From positions 68,122 to 132,121 of the forward strand of contig JAJRSF010000033.1 of NCBI GenBank assembly GCA_024278935.1: a stretch of 64,000 nucleotides of DNA, in the 5' to 3' direction. The DNA comes from Candidatus Zixiibacteriota bacterium. GTDB taxonomy: Bacteria; Zixibacteria; MSB-5A5; GN15; FEB-12. The notes below the pieces were generated by a model. The model was not told the DNA's origin. It ran no database searches and saw only the letters and a list, made by a program, of their open reading frames with translations. Shown here one piece after another: positions 58,147-64,000 of this stretch (position 1 is the stretch's first letter; every line of letters begins with the position of its first letter). Position numbers and translations under genes: made by a program.

Positions 58147-59881
58147 TTTTATAATTTTGGAGATTCTTCACGACATCTTCTAATTTACGACAATGTAATA
58201 CAGTTTGAGCTAAATGAACAGCAATACTAGAATCTATTTTTTTTACTAATCGACAAAGATCAAATATTTTCCCGGGATTCATCGACAACATATCAACCCC
58301 CATACCGATAAACAGCGGAAGTGCCGCTAAATCTCCGGCTACTTCACCACAAATTGAAACAGGTATTTTATGTTTTTTACAAGCCTTAACTGTCAAAGCA
58401 ATCAGATTGAGAACCGAAGGATGATATGCGGAATATAAATTGATGACTTTATTGTTCATCCGATCAGCCGCCAAAGTATATTGAGTAAGATCGTTGGTAC
58501 CTATCGACATAAAGTCAACTTTTGAGGCGAGTAAATCAGCAGTGAGTGCCGCCGATGGAACTTCAATCATAACTCCGATTTCAATATTTTCATCATACGG
58601 AATTTGTTCTTTTTTCATTTTGAACATCACCTGACGAACCATCCGTTTTGCTTTTTCAAGTTCTGCAATATCGGTAACCATCGGGAACATAATTTTTATA
58701 TTTTTAAATACCGATGCTCTCAAAATCGCACGTAGTTGTGTTTTAAAAATAGCTGTCATCTCAAGCATTGGTCTGATACCACGCCATCCCAAGGCAGGGT
58801 TATCTTCGTGTTCCCAAATGTCGTTGCTTGCAATTTTATCATAACCTAAATCATAAGTACGCATAGTTACTGAACTATTTTTATACTGAGTCGCAACTGC
58901 TAAGTAATGTTCATACTGTTCTTCTTCAGTTGGAAACCGACCTTGAGCAATATATAAAAACTCAGTTCGATAAAGCCCGACATGAATATTCTTTCCTGAC
59001 AAAATTTCATCTACCGGACCGGGAAGTGTCAAGTTGGCACCTATCTGAATTTCTTTACCGTCAGCAGTTTGAGGTGGAATAGTTGTAAGTTTTTTTATTC
59101 GCGAGACAGATACAGATCCTTGTTTTTTCTTCAGCTTTTGATATTCTTCCCAATCAGTATCAGATGGATTGAGAATAATCTGCCCTTTAAGCCCATCAAG
59201 AATCAATCGAGAATTATCTTTAATACGCAAATGGATATTGGATGAAAGCAAGACAGGAAGCATAAGCCCACGACTTACCAAAGCCATATGAGAATTAGCT
59301 CCACCTTCGCTTACCAAAAAACCAATCGCTTTCCGTTGACGGAAATTCAGGATTTCCCCGGGAGTAAATTGTTTCCCGACCAAAATTGTATTCGGTGGAA
59401 ATTTCAAATCACATTTATCAAAACCACTTAAGTGAGAAATAACTCTAGCAGCGACACCCTCGATATCAATTGCAGTCTGACGTATATATTCATCGGCAGA
59501 ACGTTTCAGAGAAATTACCGCTTCATTGATTAATCTATTGTAAATAAAACCGGCGTTTCGTTTTTCCGTTTTGATTTTATCTTTGACATTTTTTAAAAAC
59601 TCTACATCGGCAGCAATCATAAGTTGGGCGTCAAAGATTTTCGCAACAGGTGATCCCATTTTTTTCGCAGCTGAATCTCTGAGTTCACGCAGTTCAACCA
59701 TAGTTTCTTCTATAGCTTTATCTAAAGCCACATACTCAGCAGAAATTTTAGTTAATGGTATAGCAATTTCAGCGACTTTTGTTTCTCCCGACAAAATTAC
59801 TCTTGCCTGACCGAGAACAATACCGCCGGAAATAATAGAACTTTTAATAATTTTCGTATTCGGGCTCATTCTTTTATCCAT
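58109..59881 (-). CDS. ptsI: Phosphoenolpyruvate-protein phosphotransferase (PTS enzyme I)
   Basis: It has the phospho-His region EGGANSHMALVSRGL and the PEP-utilising C-terminal TIM barrel (SIGTNDLTQY). Length is 590 aa. Confidence 0.95.
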   Translation of the reverse strand: MDKRMSPNTKIIKSSIISGGIVLGQARVILSGETKVAEIAIPLTKISAEYVALDKAIEETMVELRELRDSAAKKMGSPVAKIFDAQLMIAADVEFLKNVKDKIKTEKRNAGFIYNRLINEAVISLKRSADEYIRQTAIDIEGVAARVISHLSGFDKCDLKFPPNTILVGKQFTPGEILNFRQRKAIGFLVSEGGANSHMALVSRGLMLPVLLSSNIHLRIKDNSRLILDGLKGQIILNPSDTDWEEYQKLKKKQGSVSVSRIKKLTTIPPQTADGKEIQIGANLTLPGPVDEILSGKNIHVGLYRTEFLYIAQGRFPTEEEQYEHYLAVATQYKNSSVTMRTYDLGYDKIASNDIWEHEDNPALGWRGIRPMLEMTAIFKTQLRAILRASVFKNIKIMFPMVTDIAELEKAKRMVRQVMFKMKKEQIPYDENIEIGVMIEVPSAALTADLLASKVDFMSIGTNDLTQYTLAADRMNNKVINLYSAYHPSVLNLIALTVKACKKHKIPVSICGEVAGDLAALPLFIGMGVDMLSMNPGKIFDLCRLVKKIDSSIAVHLAQTVLHCRKLEDVVKNLQNYKIELEKKTLSKRK

Positions 59882-59938
59882 TATAGTTTATACGGGGAAA
59901 ATTAAATTGAGATGCTTTAAAAATACAAGTTTAAATAT

Positions 59939-60208
59939 TTATTCTATCTCAGAAAAACCAGCAGAAATTGTTTCAATCAAAGCGTCGACAGTAGCCTCTT
60001 CATCAACACCATCTGCCTCTACAATAATTTCCGCCCCTTGTTCAGCAGCCAACATCATAACCCCCATTATCGACTTTCCATTGACCCGTAGCCCATTTTT
60101 TGTAAAATGTACTTCCGATTCAAACTTCGCTGCTGTTGAAACCAATAATGCCGATGGTCTAGCATGAAGTCCTACTTTATTGACAATCTTCGTTGTTTTT
60201 TTGATCAT
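59939..60208 (-). CDS. ptsH: Phosphocarrier protein HPr
   Basis: It has the His15 context GLHARPS and the Ser46 context GKSIMG. Length is 89 aa. Confidence 0.93.
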   Translation of the reverse strand: MIKKTTKIVNKVGLHARPSALLVSTAAKFESEVHFTKNGLRVNGKSIMGVMMLAAEQGAEIIVEADGVDEEATVDALIETISAGFSEIE

Positions 60209-61338
60209 ACATATTCTTCCGAGAGCATAAACCGTTTACCAGACAGCTCTTTTACAATTCCTTTTAATTCAAGCGCTAATAAAAACTCCATCAATTCAGG
60301 AACCGCTAAACTAACCTCTCGGGAGATATTGTCAACCTGTTTTGGTCCATCGGAGAAAAGATGTACGATTTTTTTCTCTATATCAGTCATATCAGGCAGA
60401 CGGACAAACTGTTTAGCAGCAATTTCACCCTTCAGAAGCGGTAATTCTTCGTATATATCATCAATCGATGTAATCAATCTTGCTCCTGATTTTATCAGCT
60501 GGTTCGTGCCGATAGACATTTTCGAAGACGGCAACCCCGGCATTGCAAAAATTTGTTTCTCATACGATAGCCCAATTTCGGCAGTAATCAATGCACCCGA
60601 TTTTTTCCCTGCCTCCACGACTACAATACCATCTGAGAAACCGGCAATAATTCGGTTTCTTTGGGGAAAATAATTTTTCATCGGTGCTGTTCCCGGCAAA
60701 TATTCCGAAAAGACTGTTCCATTTTTTTTTATCAGCTCAGCAAGCATCTTATTCGATGGCGGATATACAATATCCAGCGAAGATCCCCACACTGCAACGG
60801 TGTGACCTCCCGCATCAAGTGCCCCTTTATGGGCAGCCGAATCGATCCCCTCTGCCATACCGGACACAACAACTATCCCGGCACGCGATAATGATGCCGC
60901 TAAATTATAGGCAAATTGTTTGCCTTGTTCAGTAGCATGACGAGCGCCGACAATGCCGATAAGTTTATCATCAAATGATATTTCTTTACCGATTGAAAAA
61001 ATAACCGGAGGAATTTCTTTGGCAGAAATTGTAAAAAGTTGTTTTGGAAATGATTCATCGTTATAAAAATGAACGTTCCACCCTAATTCAAAAATTTTCG
61101 AGGCAATATTTTTTGCTTCGACAAAATTTATATTATTATGTACTTCCGATGCAATCGTATGCGAAATACGCGGAACCTCTGCAAGCTGTGAGATTGATGC
61201 TTTAAATATCTTTTGTGGAGAGCCAAATGCATTTATAAGAGCGTAAAACCGCCCTCGCCCGATTCCCGATAATCGCAGAAGGGCGAGTATCTCTGTCAGT
61301 TTTTCAATATTTTCGTTGTTCGTCAAGCGTCCTCTCAA
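60205..61338 (-). CDS. dprA: DNA-processing protein DprA (Smf)
   Basis: It has the Rossmann-like DprA core GIVGARHATEQG..SGMAEGIDSAAHKGAL and a C-terminal winged-helix-like tail. Confidence 0.9.
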   Translation of the reverse strand: MRGRLTNNENIEKLTEILALLRLSGIGRGRFYALINAFGSPQKIFKASISQLAEVPRISHTIASEVHNNINFVEAKNIASKIFELGWNVHFYNDESFPKQLFTISAKEIPPVIFSIGKEISFDDKLIGIVGARHATEQGKQFAYNLAASLSRAGIVVVSGMAEGIDSAAHKGALDAGGHTVAVWGSSLDIVYPPSNKMLAELIKKNGTVFSEYLPGTAPMKNYFPQRNRIIAGFSDGIVVVEAGKKSGALITAEIGLSYEKQIFAMPGLPSSKMSIGTNQLIKSGARLITSIDDIYEELPLLKGEIAAKQFVRLPDMTDIEKKIVHLFSDGPKQVDNISREVSLAVPELMEFLLALELKGIVKELSGKRFMLSEEYV

Positions 61339-62293
61339 TCTCTTCTAAAAAATATTTTGATCCCTTACGACTTACCGCTGATATATAAATATAATCACTT
61401 GGAAGCTCTTTGGAAATATCTTTTAAATCACTTTCTGAGATTGTGTCGATTTTGGTAACAACCGTAATCGATGGACGTTTAATAAGCATTTTGTCAAATT
61501 TCTGTAATTCTTTCTCTAAAACTTCACGAGTCTCAACAATATCAAGCTCGTTAATGTCAATCACATACAAAAGTAGCCCGGTTCGCTGAATGTGACGTAA
61601 AAACTGATGCCCAAGCCCTTTACCATCGGAAGCACCCTCGATTAATCCCGGAATGTCAGCCATCACACAGGACTTAAACTCCCGCAGTTTGACAATACCA
61701 AGGTTCGGTACTAAAGTTGTAAATGGATAATCGGCAATTTTGGGACGAGCTGCCGAAAACGATGAAAGTATCGTAGATTTACCAGCATTCGGCAGACCGA
61801 CTAAACCAACATCGGCAAGAAGTTTCAGCTCAAGCGAGATATTTTTTACATCACCCGGGAAACCATCTTGTGCTTTGCGTGGAGTTTGGTTTGTTGATGA
61901 TTTGTAATATTCGTTGCCATGACCACCCCGTCCACCTTTGGCAATCATAAATTCTTTACCGGGTTCATCAAGGTCGATTATTATTTGATCGGTATCACTA
62001 TCTTTAATAATCGTTCCAACCGGAAGCCTAAGAGTAATATCTTTCCCTTTTTTACCTGAGCGTTGACGCCCGGTACCATCGTGACCTTTTTCCGCTTTAT
62101 AATGACTTCTATAGCGGTAATCAAGAAGGGTCGTTAGCTGTGGATCAGCAACGGCATAGACAGAACCGCCATGACCACCATCGCCACCATCGGGTCCACC
62201 CATCGGAATAAATTTTTCGGTATGGAATGAAACACAACCATGCCCGCCATTTCCGGCAGTTATATCTATTTCTACAAAATCAATAAATTTCAT
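61304..62293 (-). CDS. obgE: GTPase Obg
   Basis: It has the Gly-rich Obg fold GGDGGHGGSV, the G1 motif GLPNAGKST and the G3 motif DIPGLIEGA. Confidence 0.95.
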   Translation of the reverse strand: MKFIDFVEIDITAGNGGHGCVSFHTEKFIPMGGPDGGDGGHGGSVYAVADPQLTTLLDYRYRSHYKAEKGHDGTGRQRSGKKGKDITLRLPVGTIIKDSDTDQIIIDLDEPGKEFMIAKGGRGGHGNEYYKSSTNQTPRKAQDGFPGDVKNISLELKLLADVGLVGLPNAGKSTILSSFSAARPKIADYPFTTLVPNLGIVKLREFKSCVMADIPGLIEGASDGKGLGHQFLRHIQRTGLLLYVIDINELDIVETREVLEKELQKFDKMLIKRPSITVVTKIDTISESDLKDISKELPSDYIYISAVSRKGSKYFLEEIERTLDEQRKY

Positions 62294-62350
62294 AGGGAGA
62301 ATATCGGTCTAATTTTCGAAAAAGTCAAACATTGATGTGAATCAGGCTGA

Positions 62351-62710
62351 TTAATTATCAATCGGGATAATTGTGACAATTTGAGTTGCTTCGTTCTCTG
62401 ATAGCTCAAGCGAATATAAATCAGAAACCGATCTTTCATGTGTCAATGTCTCTCTGAGATGTAAATTGGAAATTACACCATCTTTGTTTTCTAAATGAAT
62501 TATCAACGCTGATTTCTTGGGAGCTTGGATAGACAGCATGGAACGATGGTTAGCAGACACCTCCGTATGCCTCATCATATTTTGAGACATAACTCCAAGC
62601 ACAGGAACAACTGTTGCAGTAGCAGATATCGATGCATATTCGGAAGCATTCGCAACTGACGTTACGATAAACAGCGATAGAATAAGTATTGTTAATTTGT
62701 TTAGTTTCAT
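62351..62710 (-). CDS. Small secreted hypothetical protein
   Basis: I moved the start to MKLNKLTILILSLFIVTSVANA, which is a signal peptide. The longer track ORF adds a basic, non-signal leader. Confidence 0.45.
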   Translation of the reverse strand: MKLNKLTILILSLFIVTSVANASEYASISATATVVPVLGVMSQNMMRHTEVSANHRSMLSIQAPKKSALIIHLENKDGVISNLHLRETLTHERSVSDLYSLELSENEATQIVTIIPIDN

Positions 62711-62913
62711 ACGTTTTATTTTGTTAACTGCTGGATAAACGACCCAGTTTGTCTTTCTTTGAACGGTTCTGGCATGCCTGAACCTAATTTTTGGTTTGTT
62801 TAATTTGTAAGTACAGAAGAAGTATAATAGAAATCTGGATTTTGTCAAATTTCCTATTAAAATTGATACCGTTGAACTATTGCATGATCAAGAAAAATTT
62901 GACATATATTAAT

Positions 62914-62925
62914 TACTCTAGAGTA
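62914..62925. promoter_or_regulatory. Perfect 12-bp palindrome TACTCTAGAGTA in a promoter region; candidate operator
   Basis: It lies just downstream of a TTGACA hexamer (62899..62904) and about 60 nt upstream of the ATG at 62987. Confidence 0.35.
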
Positions 62926-62986
62926 CTAACAATCTTAAGAAGGGTTCATGAGGAACCCTATCTAAATCTCAAAAAAGGAGAATTAT

Positions 62987-63226
62987 ATGTCTAAAAAAGG
63001 ATTAGACACAGAAACAACGATTCATAGTCTCAACCAAGTTTGTTGTGGTGATATTAATGAATCGGGAACTTATATCGCAAATTGGTCTGGGCATTTACTC
63101 AGAATTCCTGAAGATGCGGTAAAGCAAGGTCGCTCACCGGTTATCGAATTATTAGGTAAAGAACCAATGGTTGTTACAAAACTAAGTGATGATCCATTTC
63201 TTACAATTTCCAAAGCCAGAATGTGA
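62987..63226 (+). CDS. Small conserved-looking hypothetical protein; the frame continues past its TGA for 10 more sense codons
   Basis: The 79-aa ORF follows an AAGGAG RBS. After the TGA at 63224..63226 the same frame reads AADHDLFVNF and then TAA at 63257..63259. Confidence 0.5.
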   Translation: MSKKGLDTETTIHSLNQVCCGDINESGTYIANWSGHLLRIPEDAVKQGRSPVIELLGKEPMVVTKLSDDPFLTISKARM

Positions 63227-63300
63227 GCCGCTGACCATGATCTGTTCGTAAACTTCTAAACCAATATGAATTTAACCAAAACCCTATCTTCCACAAGGCA

Positions 63301-63341
63301 AACCACAGGAATTTACTAAAACTAAATCCTGTGGTTTTTGT
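63301..63341 (+). terminator. Terminator-like hairpin after the small ORF
   Basis: Stem aaccacagga/tcctgtggtt with a 16-nt loop, followed by TTTTT. Confidence 0.55.
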
Positions 63342-63457
63342 TTCTCTCGTATAAATGACTTATTAATATTTTGTTTCCCCACCAATCCATATAGGCTTGA
63401 CAACTCGTTTTATTATAGTAAGTTTTATATATAAAACTTTATCAATGGAATAGGATT

Positions 63458-64000
63458 GTGTGTGCATATAGCAAAAATAATTCCTTTTCTGTTCCTCCTT
63501 GGATTAAAACTGCCGATGTCGCAGTCTGGATTGCAGATCATTTCAATAATATTTGCTACATCAATTCAAAAGCAGAAAAGTTGTTTGAACGTAGAGCGTC
63601 AGACTGTATTGGATTACCCTGTTACCGTCTTGATGGTTGTAAAAATTACTTGTCGAGTTCTATAACTAATTCTGTTTACACGATGTCTGAACAATTCAAT
63701 TTTAAATTTCCAATAGACCTCATAGATATTTATATCACTTCCTCAAATGGAATTGAACAAAAAATTAATGTTCTTATCATATCAGTTCAACATCCAAATC
63801 CTCACCAATCATGGTTAGTACACTGTGCTTTAGGTAATAACAAAGATCAACTGATTGAGGATTATTTATATCGAATATCCACACGTTCACCTCATGACAC
63901 AATAGAACTTTCACATAGAAATAATCCAATGCTTTCTAAACGAGAAGATCAAATATTGCAACTGCTATCTAAAGATAAATGCATGAAAGAGATTGCCTTT
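63458..64000 (+). CDS. PAS-like sensor / LuxR-type HTH regulator; the 3' end runs off the window
   Basis: My own translation of the frame with codon starts = 2 mod 3, from the GTG at 63458, gives ..VPPWIKTADVAVWIADHFNNICYINSKAEKLFERRASDCIGLPCYRLDGCKNY...NNPMLSKREDQILQLLSKDKCMKEIAF, with no stop before position 64000. It replaces the overlapping track ORF 63456..63665. Confidence 0.7.
   Translation, partial: MCAYSKNNSFSVPPWIKTADVAVWIADHFNNICYINSKAEKLFERRASDCIGLPCYRLDGCKNYLSSSITNSVYTMSEQFNFKFPIDLIDIYITSSNGIEQKINVLIISVQHPNPHQSWLVHCALGNNKDQLIEDYLYRISTRSPHDTIELSHRNNPMLSKREDQILQLLSKDKCMKEIAF

Noticed and set aside
61304-61338. Whether the 35-nt obg/dprA overlap, and the 38-nt ptsI/PGI-PMI overlap at 58109..58146, signal mis-assembly or a gene fusion.
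   Set aside because: Alternative in-frame TTG starts exist (about 61326 for dprA and 58104 for PGI/PMI). They shorten or remove the overlaps, so this is ordinary start-codon ambiguity.
63456-63665. Track ORF of 69 aa with a TTG start.
   Set aside because: Its product is hydrophobic and low in information content. It is fully overlapped by another frame that encodes a PAS-like domain and a LuxR HTH and stays open to the window end, so I preferred the overlapping frame.
1-64000. Search for CRISPR arrays, transposases or IS elements, prophage genes, restriction-modification systems, toxin-antitoxin pairs and known defence systems.
   Set aside because: I found no regularly spaced direct repeats and no recombinase, nuclease or methylase motifs in any substantial ORF. 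By gene content the window is core chromosome.

Overview
This is an AT-rich, gene-dense chromosomal window from a diderm (LPS-making) bacterium, and most genes lie on the minus strand. The gene content (GGGPS homologue, TonB-dependent receptor, DUF3098/DUF4349/DUF4388 families) suggests the FCB-group/Cloacimonadota-like radiation, but I cannot prove this from sequence alone. The content is mainly housekeeping. It includes a lipid A/Kdo operon (Gfo/Idh/MocA-lpxB-waaA-lpxK, then nadB-guaA), tRNA-Leu-tig-clpP-clpX, recX-alaS, tsaD, obg-dprA, ptsH-ptsI, tmk and an S41 protease. It also includes an LPS-core/O-antigen-ligase operon that carries gmhA and an archaeal-type GGGPS/PcrB homologue. I found no CRISPR array, transposase, integrase, prophage or recognisable defence system. 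Six things deserve a second look. (1) A cobalamin riboswitch drives a BtuB-like receptor, a small polytopic membrane protein and a Dph6-like PP-loop ATPase. (2) There is a split inositol-lipid module: a TetR-linked myo-inositol-1-phosphate synthase with a lysine-rich tail, plus a distant CDP-alcohol phosphatidyltransferase/PfkB kinase pair. (3) A four-gene DUF4388/MshEN-like operon may be a c-di-GMP receptor module. (4) A chemoreceptor carries a complete CZB zinc-binding motif in its periplasmic domain. (5) The GGGPS homologue is translationally coupled to LPS-core genes. (6) Conserved genes carry an unusually high density of single-lesion disruptions: two homopolymer frameshifts, in-frame TAG, TGA and two TAA stops, and an ATG->ATT start. 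These lesions indicate either sequence error or real gene decay, not a changed genetic code. Most short ORFs in the supplied track are antisense shadows of real genes and are not reported. Coordinates follow the ORF track, so stop codons are included, and some starts were moved.
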